64,000 nucleotides of DNA from the NCBI GenBank assembly GCA_002347645.1, contig DDYF01000034.1:1907-65906 (forward strand). The letters are read 5' to 3'. The number at the start of each line of letters is the position of its first letter. Positions within the stretch are counted from its first letter, which is position 1. Origin of the DNA: Thermoleophilia bacterium UBA2241 (GTDB taxonomy: Bacteria > Actinomycetota > Thermoleophilia > UBA2241). Both the position numbers and the translations under genes were made by a program. The notes beneath the pieces were generated by a model that was given only the letters and a program-made list of their open reading frames with translations, was not told the origin of the DNA and ran no database searches. Shown one piece after another: positions 41,798 through 51,948 of the stretch.

Positions 41798-43330
41798 TCA
41801 CCACTGCTTGTTGACGGTACCCTCCCAGGTGCCGACCTTCTTCTCCTTCTTCTCCGCCTCGGTGAACCAGCGCGAGGTGACGCACTTGGTCTCGGTGAAG
41901 AATCGGATGCCGTCGAGCCCGAACACGTGGCTCTCGCCGAAGAACGACTGCTTGTGCCCGGCGAACGGGAAGAAGCTCACGGGCACCGGGATGCCCACGT
42001 TGACGCCGACCATGCCGGCGTGCGTGCGGCGGGCGAACTCGCGCGAGTAGTAGCCGCTCTCGGTGAAGATGCAGGAGCCGTTCGCGAAACGGCTGTTGTT
42101 CATGAGGGTGATGCCCTCTTCGAAGTCCTCGACGCGCTTGATGCAGAGCACCGGGCCGAAGATCTCCTCGCGACCGACCGACATGTCCTCGGTGACGTTG
42201 TCGAAGATCGTGGGGCCGACGAAGAAGCCGTTCTCGTAGCCCGGCACGACGAGGTCGCGGCCGTCGAGGATGAGGTCGGCGCCCTCTTCGACGCCCTTGT
42301 CGATCCAGCCCTTGACGAAGGCCTGATGCTCGGCACTGACGACCGGGCCGAGTTCGGTCTTGGGATCGTACGAACAGCCCACGACGCGCCGCTGGGCGAA
42401 CTTCTTCATGTAGCCGATGAACTCGTCGGCGACCTTGTTCTCGACGACGCAGACGGGCAGCGCCATGCAGCGCATGCCGGCGCAACCGAAGGTGGAGTTG
42501 ATGATGCCTGCCGCGGCGCGCTCGAGCGAGGCATCGGCCAAGACGAGGCCGTGGTTCTTGGCTTCGGTCTGAGCCTGGACACGCTTGCCGTGGGCGGCGG
42601 CCAGCGAGTAGACGTGGAGGCCGACCTTGGTCGAGCCGACGAAGGTCACGCCGCGCACCAGCGGGTGGGTCATCATGATCTCGGCCTCGTTGCGCGAGCA
42701 GGTCACGAGATTGACGACGCCGTTGGGCAGGCCGGCCTCGTAGAGGAGCTCGAGCAGGCGCATGCCGGAGGTCGGCACCATGCTGGCGGCCTTGAGGACG
42801 AAGGCATTGCCGGTGACGATGCACAGCGGCAGCATCCAGCCGAAGGGGATCATGGCCGGGAAGTTGAAGGGGGCGATGCCGGCGAACACGCCGAGCGGCT
42901 CGCGGTAGCTCACGGTGTCGTGTCCGGTGGACACGTTCATGAGCGACTCGCCCTTCATGGTCATGGGAGCCGAGACGGCGACCTCGCAGCCCTCGATGAT
43001 CTTGATGATCTCTCCGCGCGCCTCGTCGAGGTTCTTGCCGAGCTCGCGCGAGACCATGTGCGTGAGCTCCTCGGCGTTCTCCTCGAGCAGCCTCTTCCAG
43101 CGGAAGATCACCTGGGTGCGCTTCTGGATCGGCAGGCGCGACCAGCTCTCGAACGCCCAGTGCGCGTTCTCGATCGCCTCTTCGACCTCGTCCGCAGTGC
43201 AGCACGGCGTCTCAGCGAACACCTCGCCCGTGCTCGAGTCGGTCACCGGCATGTACTTGTCGGTCTTCGACTTGACCCACTCACCGTTGACGCAGTATTT
43301 GAGAGTCTTGACTTCGGTGACTGTCGCCAT
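41798..43330 (-). CDS. mmsA: CoA-acylating methylmalonate-semialdehyde dehydrogenase (aldehyde dehydrogenase family)
   Basis: 510-aa ORF. YCVNGEWVKSKTDKYMPVTDSSTGEVFAE, GVFAGIAPFNFPAMIPFGWMLPLCIVTGNAFVLKAAS, FGCAGMRCMALPV and the absence of the usual ALDH EL.GK glutamate context are MmsA-like. Confidence 0.82.
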   Translation of the reverse strand: MATVTEVKTLKYCVNGEWVKSKTDKYMPVTDSSTGEVFAETPCCTADEVEEAIENAHWAFESWSRLPIQKRTQVIFRWKRLLEENAEELTHMVSRELGKNLDEARGEIIKIIEGCEVAVSAPMTMKGESLMNVSTGHDTVSYREPLGVFAGIAPFNFPAMIPFGWMLPLCIVTGNAFVLKAASMVPTSGMRLLELLYEAGLPNGVVNLVTCSRNEAEIMMTHPLVRGVTFVGSTKVGLHVYSLAAAHGKRVQAQTEAKNHGLVLADASLERAAAGIINSTFGCAGMRCMALPVCVVENKVADEFIGYMKKFAQRRVVGCSYDPKTELGPVVSAEHQAFVKGWIDKGVEEGADLILDGRDLVVPGYENGFFVGPTIFDNVTEDMSVGREEIFGPVLCIKRVEDFEEGITLMNNSRFANGSCIFTESGYYSREFARRTHAGMVGVNVGIPVPVSFFPFAGHKQSFFGESHVFGLDGIRFFTETKCVTSRWFTEAEKKEKKVGTWEGTVNKQW

Positions 43331-43378
43331 CTCGTTCCTCTCGCTCAGTCGGGGTTGATTCGGTCGGCTCGTTGGAGT

Positions 43379-43398
43379 CTAATCAATCGACTGATTAG
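43379..43398. promoter_or_regulatory. AT-rich perfect inverted repeat CTAATCA-N6-TGATTAG in the divergent mmsA / tetR intergenic region (candidate TetR operator)
   Basis: CTAATCAATCGACTGATTAG. The 7-bp arms are perfectly complementary, conspicuous in GC-rich DNA, and lie 49 nt upstream of the mmsA start. Confidence 0.5.
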
Positions 43399-43566
43399 CC
43401 GCAACTCCTTTGGGCACGGCCGACCGGCGGCGGACGGGAGACAGACCGTATGGCAGACGGGGCGATACAGCGTGACGGGAAGGGCGAGGCTGCGCTTGCG
43501 GCGGGCCGCCGGGCGCGTCCGGGCAAGCCCCCGCCCCCGGGCACCCGTCCCGACCCCCGCCGGGAC

Positions 43567-44169
43567 ATGCCGCCCACTGCAGCGAAGATCCTGGCGGCCG
43601 CACAGCGCATCCTCGTGGCGAAGGGGTTCGCCGGCTTGACGCTGCGCGCCATCGCGCAGGAATCGGGCGAGAACTCGGCGATGGTGCAGTACTACTTCGG
43701 CAACAAGGCCGGGCTCGTCAGGGCGATGATCGACTGCAGCTTCCGCGACGAGCAGCAGGAGGTCGCCGCGGCCATGAGCACGGTGACGAACGACGAGCTG
43801 CTCCCCCGGTTCGTCGAAGGGCTGAGGACCGTGAGCTCGTCGCGCTCGTTCCGCGTGTTCTTCGACGTCCTCCCTCAGGCCTTGCGGCACGAGAGTTGGC
43901 GCGCCCAGATGGCGAGCGCGATGGACTGGTACCGCGAGATCAAGCTGGAGTGGCTGCGCGCCAAGAACGAAGGACCGCCCGCCGAGCAGGAGGCCCTGCT
44001 CGGCCTTGCCGATCTCATGACGGCCGTCGTCGACGGGCTGGCCATCCAGGAGGCCGTCGACGACGACTTCGACATGCGTCGCGCATACGCCGTGCTGGAG
44101 TTCATGCTCCAGCGCTCACTGCCCGAGTTGCTCGAGTCGGGCGTCCCCGCGGCCGCGACCCGGGAGTAG
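43567..44169 (+). CDS. TetR-family transcriptional regulator
   Basis: AAKILAAAQRILVAKGFAGLTLRAIAQESGENSAMVQYYFGNKAGLV is a TetR HTH. ATG 43567 is preferred; ORF start 43450 is the alternative. Confidence 0.8.
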   Translation: MPPTAAKILAAAQRILVAKGFAGLTLRAIAQESGENSAMVQYYFGNKAGLVRAMIDCSFRDEQQEVAAAMSTVTNDELLPRFVEGLRTVSSSRSFRVFFDVLPQALRHESWRAQMASAMDWYREIKLEWLRAKNEGPPAEQEALLGLADLMTAVVDGLAIQEAVDDDFDMRRAYAVLEFMLQRSLPELLESGVPAAATRE

Positions 44170-44195
44170 GCCGCCCGGCGCGACCCGTCCGGCAC

Positions 44196-45125
44196 TCAGC
44201 TGTACTTCACGCGTGGGTCGAGCCAGGTGTAGGCGATGTCGACGACCAGGTTGCTGACCGTCACCAGCACGGCGGCGAACAGCACCGTGCCCATGATCAT
44301 CGGCATGTCCTGCGTCTGGATCGCGTTCCACGCCTGCCAGCCGATGCCGGGGACACCGAACACGACCTCGATCACCAGCACGCCGCCGAGGTACCAGCCG
44401 AAGTCGAGCCCGAGGAGGGTGATGATCGGGCTCCACGAGTTGCGCATGATGTGCCGCCAGACGACGGTGCGCTCGGGCAAGCCCTTGGCCCGGGCCGCGC
44501 GCACGTAGTCGGCGTTGAGGATGTCGAGCATGCTCGAGCGGAGCATGCGCGAGTACCAGGCGGCGCCGCCGACACCCAACGTCAGGCCGGGCAGCACGCC
44601 GTAGAGCGGCTCGGCCCAGCCCTCGTAGCCGCCCAGCGGAAAGATCTGCAGCTGGTACGCGAACACGTAGAGGAAGAGCATGCCCAGCCAGAACCCGGGG
44701 GCGGCGATGCCGAGCAGGCTGAGGACGGTGAACAGCCGGTCGCGGAAGCTGTACTGCTTGAGCGCGCTCACCATGCCCACGGGGATACCGATGACCAGCT
44801 CGAAGAGGATGCCGAAGAGCGCGATCATGACCGTCGCCGGGAAGCGTTCGATGATCGACTGGGCGACCGGGCGTTGGGTGTCGTACGAGAAGCCCATGTC
44901 GCCCTGCAGCAGGTTCGTGATGTAGATCCAGTACTGCTCGTAGACGGGCTTGTTCAGGCCGAGCTCGTCGCGGATGCGTTCGAGCACCTCGGGCGTTGCG
45001 TGCACGCCGGCGATGCTCTTGGCGGGGTCGCCGGGCACGGCGTAGGCGAGCAGGAAGGTGATGACGCTCACGAAGAAGAGCACCACCACGACCCAGAGCA
45101 GGCGGCGCACGAGGTACTTACCCAT
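44196..45125 (-). CDS. peptide/nickel ABC transporter permease (DppB/OppB-like)
   Basis: 309-aa ORF. MGKYLVRRLLWVVVVLFFVSVITFLL..VPGDPA, plus the EAA-like loop YVRAARAKGLPERTVVWRHIMRN. Confidence 0.9.
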   Translation of the reverse strand: MGKYLVRRLLWVVVVLFFVSVITFLLAYAVPGDPAKSIAGVHATPEVLERIRDELGLNKPVYEQYWIYITNLLQGDMGFSYDTQRPVAQSIIERFPATVMIALFGILFELVIGIPVGMVSALKQYSFRDRLFTVLSLLGIAAPGFWLGMLFLYVFAYQLQIFPLGGYEGWAEPLYGVLPGLTLGVGGAAWYSRMLRSSMLDILNADYVRAARAKGLPERTVVWRHIMRNSWSPIITLLGLDFGWYLGGVLVIEVVFGVPGIGWQAWNAIQTQDMPMIMGTVLFAAVLVTVSNLVVDIAYTWLDPRVKYS

Positions 45126-45202
45126 CGCGCCGCCCCCTGCCCACTTCTCGCCGTGCCCGACTCATCCGTCCTGCTCCTCAGTCTTCCAGATCAGTCACGT
45201 CG

Positions 45203-46876
45203 TCACTTGCCGTCCAGCTTCCAGTAGTCCTGGAAGTTGAGGTTCCAGACGGGGTGGTAGTAGTAGCCCCCGACGTTCTCGCCGAACATCCCGTTCCACA
45301 CCGGCTGGTAGAGGGGCGCCGTCGGCGCCTCTTCCATGATGATGTCCTGCATCTCCTCGTACATGGTGATGCGTGCTTCGGGATCGAGCTCGTTCACCGC
45401 CTGGTCGTAGAGATCCTCGACGCGCTGGTCCCACCAGAAGCTCGAGTTGGCCCCGCCGTCGATGGCGCTCGCCTTGATGAACAGCGGACCGATCCAGTCG
45501 CTCGGGTCGGGGAAGTCCTGATACCAGTCCGAGAGCCCTATGCCGGCGCGCGAGCCCTTCAGGCTGATGAAGTCCCAGTAGGTCGCCTTGTCCATCAGCT
45601 CGATGTCAACGTCGATCCCTACCGCCTTCAGGTCGGCCTGGATCGCCTGGGCCAGCTTGGGGAACGGGTCCACGTTGTGGCCGTAGAACGTGGTCTTGAA
45701 GCCGTCCGGGTAGCCGGCATCGGCCAGCATCTCCTTGGCTACTTCGGGGTCGTACTCGTAGTAGACCTTGTCGCGCTGGTGGCCGGGCATGCCGTCCGGA
45801 TAGACCTGGTTGAGGGCCTGCGCCTGGCCGGCGAGGAGCTTCTGGATCTTCGCCGTGTCGATGGCGTGGTTGACCGCCTGCCGCACGAGCTTGTCGTCGA
45901 ACGGCTTCTCGAGCGCGTTCAGGAACACGTAGTACCAGGCGATCTCCGGCGCGTCGTAGGTGAACTCGCTCCACTTCGGGTCTTGTTTGACGCGCTGGTA
46001 GTCGGCCGACGGGACGCCGTCACCGAGGATGTCGACCTCACCGTTCTGCAGTTGCAGCAGCGCGGTGCTCGGGTTGGTCGTCAGGTCGAAGCGGATCTCG
46101 TCGAGGTACGGCTTGCCCTCGTCCCAGTAGTTCGGGTTGCGCTTGGCGACGATCTCCTGACCGGGCGTCCACGACTCGATCACGAACGGACCGGTCCCCA
46201 GGGGCTTGCGTTTGATCTGCTTGCCCACCTCGTCGGCCCACTCCTTGGGCATCACCGAGGTGAAGGGCATGGTCATGGCCATCAGGAAGGACGAGTCGGG
46301 CGCGTCCAGCGTGATCTCGACGGTCGAGTCGTCGACGGCCTTGTAGCCGGCGACCTCGTCGGCCTTGCCGTCCATGAAGTCCTGCGCGCCCAGGATGCCG
46401 GTGTAGAAGAAGGTGGCGGGGGCGAGCGGTTCCTTCATCATGCGCTCGAAGCTCCACTTGAAGTCCTCGGCCGTGACCTCGCGGTCCACGGGCGGGGCGA
46501 ACTTGACGCCCTCCTTCAGGTGGAACGTGTACACCTTTCCGTCTTCGCTGATGCCGCCGTTCTCCGCCGAGGGGACCTCGGTGGCCAGCGCCGGGACAAG
46601 CTCCGTCCCAGGCTCGCCCGGCTCGCTCGCGTAGGTGAGGAAGGTCTCGTAGGTCAGGCGCTGGATCGACCACGACGTGATCTCCCAGGCGATCGCCGGG
46701 TCAAGCTCGGTCGGCTCGCCCTGGAAGGTCACGTTCAGCGTGCCGCCCGTGACAGGCTCGCCGCCCCCCGCGGCGCCCTCGTCGCTCTGCTCCTCGCCGC
46801 ACGCCGCAAGAGCGAGCGGCAGGGCGGCGACCAAGACGATCGCCAGGAACACCATCCAGGTCCGTCTCGTCTTCAT
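45203..46876 (-). CDS. ABC transporter substrate-binding lipoprotein, family 5 (peptide/nickel), copy 1
   Basis: 557-aa ORF. The lipobox is LALAACGEE. AAAGGAG lies ahead of the ATG. Family-5 SBP length and motifs (GTGPFV.ESWTPGQ). Confidence 0.9.
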   Translation of the reverse strand: MKTRRTWMVFLAIVLVAALPLALAACGEEQSDEGAAGGGEPVTGGTLNVTFQGEPTELDPAIAWEITSWSIQRLTYETFLTYASEPGEPGTELVPALATEVPSAENGGISEDGKVYTFHLKEGVKFAPPVDREVTAEDFKWSFERMMKEPLAPATFFYTGILGAQDFMDGKADEVAGYKAVDDSTVEITLDAPDSSFLMAMTMPFTSVMPKEWADEVGKQIKRKPLGTGPFVIESWTPGQEIVAKRNPNYWDEGKPYLDEIRFDLTTNPSTALLQLQNGEVDILGDGVPSADYQRVKQDPKWSEFTYDAPEIAWYYVFLNALEKPFDDKLVRQAVNHAIDTAKIQKLLAGQAQALNQVYPDGMPGHQRDKVYYEYDPEVAKEMLADAGYPDGFKTTFYGHNVDPFPKLAQAIQADLKAVGIDVDIELMDKATYWDFISLKGSRAGIGLSDWYQDFPDPSDWIGPLFIKASAIDGGANSSFWWDQRVEDLYDQAVNELDPEARITMYEEMQDIIMEEAPTAPLYQPVWNGMFGENVGGYYYHPVWNLNFQDYWKLDGK

Positions 46877-46928
46877 GTGTGGCTCCTTTCCCTGCCTCGC
46901 GGCGCGGGCGTCTCCGCCCTGGCTTCGG

Positions 46929-46960
46929 GCGGGCGGCGGCGCGGAAGCGCCGCCGCCCGC
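46929..46960 (-). terminator. perfect 14-bp GC hairpin between the two SBP genes (intra-operon attenuator or mRNA stabiliser candidate)
   Basis: GCGGGCGGCGGCGC-GGAA-GCGCCGCCGCCCGC, immediately downstream of the SBP copy-2 stop (46968-70). Confidence 0.5.
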
Positions 46961-46967
46961 AGCCCTC

Positions 46968-48644
46968 CTAGAGCCTCCAGTAGTTGCTCGGATTGAACTG
47001 GTAGACGGGATGCAGATAGAACCCGCCCACGTTCTGCGAGCACATCGTGGTCTGGATCAAGGAATAGAGAGGCGCGTACGCGGTGTCGGCGGCGATGATG
47101 TCCTGCATCGCCGAGAAGGCCTCGATGCGCGCCTCGGGGTCGGTCATGTTCTGGGCCGCGGCGTAGGCGTCTTCCAGCTCCATGCTCCACCAGAAGCTCG
47201 AGTTCATGCCGCCGGGCACGGCGCTCGCCTTGCTGAACAGCGGGAGGATCCAGTCGCTCGGGTCCGGGAAGTCCATCCACCAGCCGAAGCTCCCCATGGT
47301 CAGCGTCTCGGGCGTGGATTGCTGGTTGTAGTAGGCGTTGTTGCCCATCGTCTTGAGCTCGGCTTCGATGCCGATCACCTTCAGGTCGGCTTGCACCGAC
47401 TGCATGAGCTTCGGGTTCGGGTCGACGTTGTCGGTGTACAGCATCGTCTTGAAGCCGTCGGGATAGCCCGCTTCGGCGAGGAGCTGCTTCGCCTGTTCCG
47501 GGTCGTAGCCGTAGTACTCCTTGCCCTCCACGTGGCCCGGCATCCCGGGCGGGTAGAACTGGTACAGCGCCTGGGCCTGGCCGCCCTGCAGCTTCACCAG
47601 GTTGTCGCGGTCGACCGCCCAGGCGATCGCCTCGCGCACCTTTGGGTTGTCGAACGGTGGCATGGCGTCGTTCAGGAAGAGGTAGCTGATGGCGATGAGT
47701 GGCTGAGAGTGGACGTAGTCCTTCCACTCGGGGTCGTTCTGCAGGCGCGCGATGTCGGACGGCGGCAAGCCGTCGCCGAGAATGTCGACCTCAGCCTGCT
47801 GGAGTTTCAGTAGCGCGGTGGACGGGTTGAACGAGAGCACGAAGCGGAGCTCGTCCAAGTACGGCTTGCCCTCCTCCCAGTAGTTGGGGTTCTTCGTGAG
47901 GACGATCTCCTGGCCCGGCGTCCAGTGGTCGAACACGTACCGACCGGTGCCCAGCGGGTGGCGGTTGATCTCCTTGCCCCACTTCTCCACCCACTCCTCG
48001 GGGATCACCGAGCAGAACTCCATGGTAAGGGCGTGGAGGAACGAGAGGTCTGGCGCCTCGAGTGTGATCTCGACCGTGTAGTCGTCGACGACCTTGTAGC
48101 CGGTGATCTCGTCCGCCTCGCCCGCCATGAACTCCTCGGCGCCCACGACGCCCATGTAGAAGGAGGTCCCCGGCGCGCGCGGCTCGCCCATCATGCGCTC
48201 GAAGCTGTACTTGAAGTCCGCCGCGGTCACTTCGCGGTCGACCGGCGGCTGGAACTTGATGCCTTCCTTGAGGTGGAACGTGTAGACGAGGCCGTCCTCG
48301 CTGATGCCGCCGTTCTCGACGGACGGCACCTCGGCCGCCAGGGCCGGGATGAGGGTGGTGCCCTCGACGCCCGGCTTCGGCGCGTACCGCAGGAAGCTGT
48401 CGAAGACCTCGTACTCGATCTGCCAGTCGATGACGTTGTAGGCGATCGCCGGGTCGAGGCTCGACGGCTCGGTCAGGTACGCGAGGTTCAGCGAGCCGCC
48501 CTGCTTGGGCGTGTCACCGCCGGTCGTCGCCCCGTCGCCCTCGTCCCCTTCGCCGCCGCAGGCGACCAAGGCGAGGGCCATGGCGGCCACGACCAGCAGG
48601 GCGAGCACGGCGAGCGGCCGGCGCACGATCGAAGTCCTCTTCAT
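46968..48644 (-). CDS. ABC transporter substrate-binding lipoprotein, family 5 (peptide/nickel), copy 2
   Basis: ATG at residue 8 of ORF 46968..48665, after AAGGAGGAAGGG. The lipobox is LALVACGGEG. Clear paralog of copy 1 (GTGRYVFDHWTPGQ). Confidence 0.9.
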   Translation of the reverse strand: MKRTSIVRRPLAVLALLVVAAMALALVACGGEGDEGDGATTGGDTPKQGGSLNLAYLTEPSSLDPAIAYNVIDWQIEYEVFDSFLRYAPKPGVEGTTLIPALAAEVPSVENGGISEDGLVYTFHLKEGIKFQPPVDREVTAADFKYSFERMMGEPRAPGTSFYMGVVGAEEFMAGEADEITGYKVVDDYTVEITLEAPDLSFLHALTMEFCSVIPEEWVEKWGKEINRHPLGTGRYVFDHWTPGQEIVLTKNPNYWEEGKPYLDELRFVLSFNPSTALLKLQQAEVDILGDGLPPSDIARLQNDPEWKDYVHSQPLIAISYLFLNDAMPPFDNPKVREAIAWAVDRDNLVKLQGGQAQALYQFYPPGMPGHVEGKEYYGYDPEQAKQLLAEAGYPDGFKTMLYTDNVDPNPKLMQSVQADLKVIGIEAELKTMGNNAYYNQQSTPETLTMGSFGWWMDFPDPSDWILPLFSKASAVPGGMNSSFWWSMELEDAYAAAQNMTDPEARIEAFSAMQDIIAADTAYAPLYSLIQTTMCSQNVGGFYLHPVYQFNPSNYWRL

Positions 48645-48701
48645 CCCTTCCTCCTTGTTGTGCATGTCGTCCCCCGGTCGTTCTCTCGTGTGGCCCGCGA
48701 C

Positions 48702-49703
48702 TCAGCGGCGACGCTGCTGCGGGTCGAATGCGTCCCGCAGGCCGTCGCCGACCAGGTTGAAGGCCAGCACGGTGATCATGATCATCAGGCCAGGGTAGAT
48801 GACGAGGTGCGGCGCCGACAGGTAGTACGGCTGCCCCTCGGAGATCATCTGCCCCCAGGATGGCGTCGGCGGCTGTACGCCGAGGCCGATGTAGCTGAGC
48901 GTCGACTCGAAGAGGATCGTCGTCGCGATCCCCAGACTGATGTAGACGATGACCGGCGCCACGAGGTGCGGCAGGATGTGGCGGTAGAGCAGCCGCGCGT
49001 TCGTGCACCCCGTGAGGCGCGCGGCGTCGACGAACTCCTTCTCGCGGATCGAGAGCACCTCGCCGTGGATCACGCGCGTCATCGGCGTCCAGTAGACGAT
49101 GCCGATCACCAGCACGAGGATCCAGAGGCTGGGCTTCAGGACGCTGACCAGCGCGATCGCGAACAGGTAGATGGGGAAGGCCATCATCACGTCGGTCATG
49201 CGCATGAGCAGCGTCTCGATCCACCCGCGGAAGTAGCCGGCCGTGAGGCCGAAGATCACGCCCAGGACGAGGGCGAACCCGTTGGCGAGCACGCCGATGA
49301 CGAGCGAGACACGCGCGCCGTAGATGAGGCGGCTGAGCAGGTCGCGCCCGAGCGTGTCGGTGCCGAGCCAGAACTGCGACGAGGAGCCTACAGGCATGCC
49401 CTGCATGGTCAGGCCCTCGTCGTACTGCACCGTCGGGTCGTGCGGCGCCAGCCACGGCGCGAAGATCGCCATGAGGATGAGCAGGATGACGACCACGAGC
49501 CCACCGACGGCGAACTTGTCGCGACGGAAGCGGATCCACACTTCCTTCCACGTCGAGCGGTGCTCGATGAGGAGGGCGTCGGGCGACCAGTCGACGCCGA
49601 CAGGGGCCGTCGAGCCTCCGCCCAAGGCGACGTCGGTGGCCTTCGCCGGCGACGCGACCTCGCCGGCGGCGTACGGGTCGTGAGGTGGAAGGACGCCGCT
49701 CAC
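48702..49703 (-). CDS. peptide/nickel ABC transporter permease (DppC/OppC-like)
   Basis: 333-aa ORF. The GTG start overlaps the upstream ATPase stop (GTGA). Typical TM pattern and the [23 protein letters not shown] loop. Confidence 0.9.
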   Translation of the reverse strand: MSGVLPPHDPYAAGEVASPAKATDVALGGGSTAPVGVDWSPDALLIEHRSTWKEVWIRFRRDKFAVGGLVVVILLILMAIFAPWLAPHDPTVQYDEGLTMQGMPVGSSSQFWLGTDTLGRDLLSRLIYGARVSLVIGVLANGFALVLGVIFGLTAGYFRGWIETLLMRMTDVMMAFPIYLFAIALVSVLKPSLWILVLVIGIVYWTPMTRVIHGEVLSIREKEFVDAARLTGCTNARLLYRHILPHLVAPVIVYISLGIATTILFESTLSYIGLGVQPPTPSWGQMISEGQPYYLSAPHLVIYPGLMIMITVLAFNLVGDGLRDAFDPQQRRR

Positions 49704-50848
49704 TCAGAGCTCCCCATCTCGAGCTCCTCGCTCGCGACGTCGCTGACGGCTGCCACTGCGCCGCCTTCGGCCGGGCTGCCGGCGACGACCGCGAGATCGT
49801 TCTCCCCGGCCCTGATGCGGGGGTAGTCTCCGGCATTGATGAGGTGGCAGGCGGCGAAGTGCCCGGGCCGGACCTCTTTCAGGGCCGGGCTCTCGAGATC
49901 ACAGTGGCCTTCCTGCATCGCCGGGCAGCGGGTATGGAAGTGGCAGCCCGGCGGCGGGTCGGCCGGCGAGGGCACGTCGCCCTGCAGCACGACTGCGCGC
50001 CGGTGCTCCTCTGCCTCGGGGTCGGGGATCGGCACGGCACTGAGCAAAGCCTGCGTGTAGGGATGCATGGGCTCGCCGTAGAGCACGGCGTTCTCGGCGA
50101 GCTCGACGATCCTCCCCAGGTACATGACGGCGACGCGGTCGGAGATGTGGCGCACGACGGAGAGGTCGTGGGCGATGAAGAGGTAGGTGAGGCCGAAGTC
50201 GCGCTGCAGTTCCTGCAGGAGGTTGATGATCTGTGCGCGGATGCTGACGTCGAGCGCGCTGATGGGCTCGTCGCAGACGATGAAGTTCGGCTCGACGGCC
50301 AGGGCGCGCGCGATGCCGATGCGCTGGCGCTGCCCGCCCGAGAACTCGTGCGGGTAGCGGTTCAGGGTGTTCGGGTTGATGCCCACCGTCTGCAGCAGTT
50401 CGCGCACCCGGTCACGGCGCCCGGAGCGATCGAGCATCCTGTGGACGAGCAGCGGTTCGCCGACGATGTCGGCCACGGTCATGCGGCTGTTCAGCGACGC
50501 GTAAGGGTCCTGGAAGATCATCTGCATGCGGCGGCGCTGGCGACGCAGCGCGCCGCCGCGCAGGTGCGCCAGGTCGGCGCCTTCGTAGAGGACCCTTCCC
50601 GTCGTCGGGCGGATGAGCTGCAGGATCGCCCTGCCGGTGGTCGACTTGCCACAGCCAGATTCGCCGACCAGGCCGAGGGTCTCACCCCTCTTGACCGTGA
50701 AGGAGAGCCCGTCGACGGCGCGCACGGCGCCGATCTTGTGGCGAAAGACGATGCCGCTGGTGATGGGGAAGTGGACCGCGAGGTCGTCGACCGTCACCAG
50801 CGTGTCGCCGCGCCCGTCGGCCGGGCGCACGGCGTCGACGGCGTTCAC
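49700..50848 (-). CDS. peptide ABC transporter ATP-binding protein (OppF/DppF-like)
   Basis: GTG at residue 113 of ORF 49700..51184, overlapping the stop of the upstream ATPase. [38 protein letters not shown], and a C-terminal oligopeptide-transporter Cys motif. Confidence 0.9.
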   Translation of the reverse strand: MNAVDAVRPADGRGDTLVTVDDLAVHFPITSGIVFRHKIGAVRAVDGLSFTVKRGETLGLVGESGCGKSTTGRAILQLIRPTTGRVLYEGADLAHLRGGALRRQRRRMQMIFQDPYASLNSRMTVADIVGEPLLVHRMLDRSGRRDRVRELLQTVGINPNTLNRYPHEFSGGQRQRIGIARALAVEPNFIVCDEPISALDVSIRAQIINLLQELQRDFGLTYLFIAHDLSVVRHISDRVAVMYLGRIVELAENAVLYGEPMHPYTQALLSAVPIPDPEAEEHRRAVVLQGDVPSPADPPPGCHFHTRCPAMQEGHCDLESPALKEVRPGHFAACHLINAGDYPRIRAGENDLAVVAGSPAEGGAVAAVSDVASEELEMGSSE

Positions 50849-51894
50849 GCCGTCACCTCCGCGGCCGCAAGATCGATCAGCTTGTCGCGGTGGAAGCAGG
50901 CGCTGCGCCGGCCGTCGCCGGTGACGAACAGCTTCGGCGGGGTCTGCCAGCACTCGTCGGTCGCCAGCCAGCAGCGCGGTGCGAACGAGCAGCCGGGCGG
51001 CAGGTGGCTGAGGTCGGGCGGCAGGCCCTCGATCGACTCGAGCTCGTCGGAGCGCGGCCGGTCGAGGCGCGGCACGCTCTTCAGCAGCCCGACGGTATAC
51101 GGATGGTGCGGGTGATGGAAGAGCGGCTTGGCCGGTCCCTCCTCGACGATGCGGCCCGCGTACATGACGAGGATCCGCCGGCACATCCCGGCGACCACGC
51201 CCAGGTCGTGGGTGATGACGATCACAGCGGCGTCGTACTCGCGGCTGAGCTGCTTCATGAGGCGCAGTATCTGCGCCTGGATGGTCACGTCAAGCGCGGT
51301 CGTGGGCTCGTCGGCCAGCAGCAGCTTGGGGTTGCAGGAGAGGGCGATCGCGATCATGACGCGCTGGCGCATGCCGCCGGAGAACTGGTGCGGGTAGTCC
51401 TTGATGCGCTCGGCCGCCTTTGGGATGCCGACCTTCTGCAGCATGTCGATAGCGCGCGCGACGGCATCTTCGTGCGACAGGCCCAAGTGCAGTTCTATGC
51501 CCTCGGTCATGAGGCGCTCGATCGAGAGCACGGGGTTCAGGCTGGTCACGGGGTCCTGGAAGATCATCGCGATCTCCTTGCCCCGCACCTTGCGCACCTC
51601 GCTCTCGGGGAGGGCGAGCAGATCGCGGTCCTGGAAGTCGATGCGTCCGGACACGGTCGCGTTGGCGAGCATGCGCGTGAGCCCCAGGATGGCCGTGGCC
51701 GTGACGCTCTTGCCGCACCCAGACTCGCCGACCAGGCCGACGAGCTCGCCGGGCGCCACGGCGAAGCTCACGTGGTCGACGGCGTGCACAGTCCCCTCCA
51801 TCGAGGCAAACTCAACGGAGAGGTCCGTGATGTCGAGGAGTCGGGAAGTCGTCACCCCCATCGCAGGCGGAGTGTAAACCCCGGCGAGCATCAT
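50845..51894 (-). CDS. peptide ABC transporter ATP-binding protein (OppD/DppD-like)
   Basis: ATG at residue 261 of ORF 50845..52674, with GGAG 5 nt upstream (alternative ATG 51861). [38 protein letters not shown]. Confidence 0.85.
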   Translation of the reverse strand: MMLAGVYTPPAMGVTTSRLLDITDLSVEFASMEGTVHAVDHVSFAVAPGELVGLVGESGCGKSVTATAILGLTRMLANATVSGRIDFQDRDLLALPESEVRKVRGKEIAMIFQDPVTSLNPVLSIERLMTEGIELHLGLSHEDAVARAIDMLQKVGIPKAAERIKDYPHQFSGGMRQRVMIAIALSCNPKLLLADEPTTALDVTIQAQILRLMKQLSREYDAAVIVITHDLGVVAGMCRRILVMYAGRIVEEGPAKPLFHHPHHPYTVGLLKSVPRLDRPRSDELESIEGLPPDLSHLPPGCSFAPRCWLATDECWQTPPKLFVTGDGRRSACFHRDKLIDLAAAEVTA

Positions 51895-51948
51895 TTCGAC
51901 TCCGAACGGGCTTTGACGGCGCGTCGCCGGGGCTGGTATGCATCGCGC

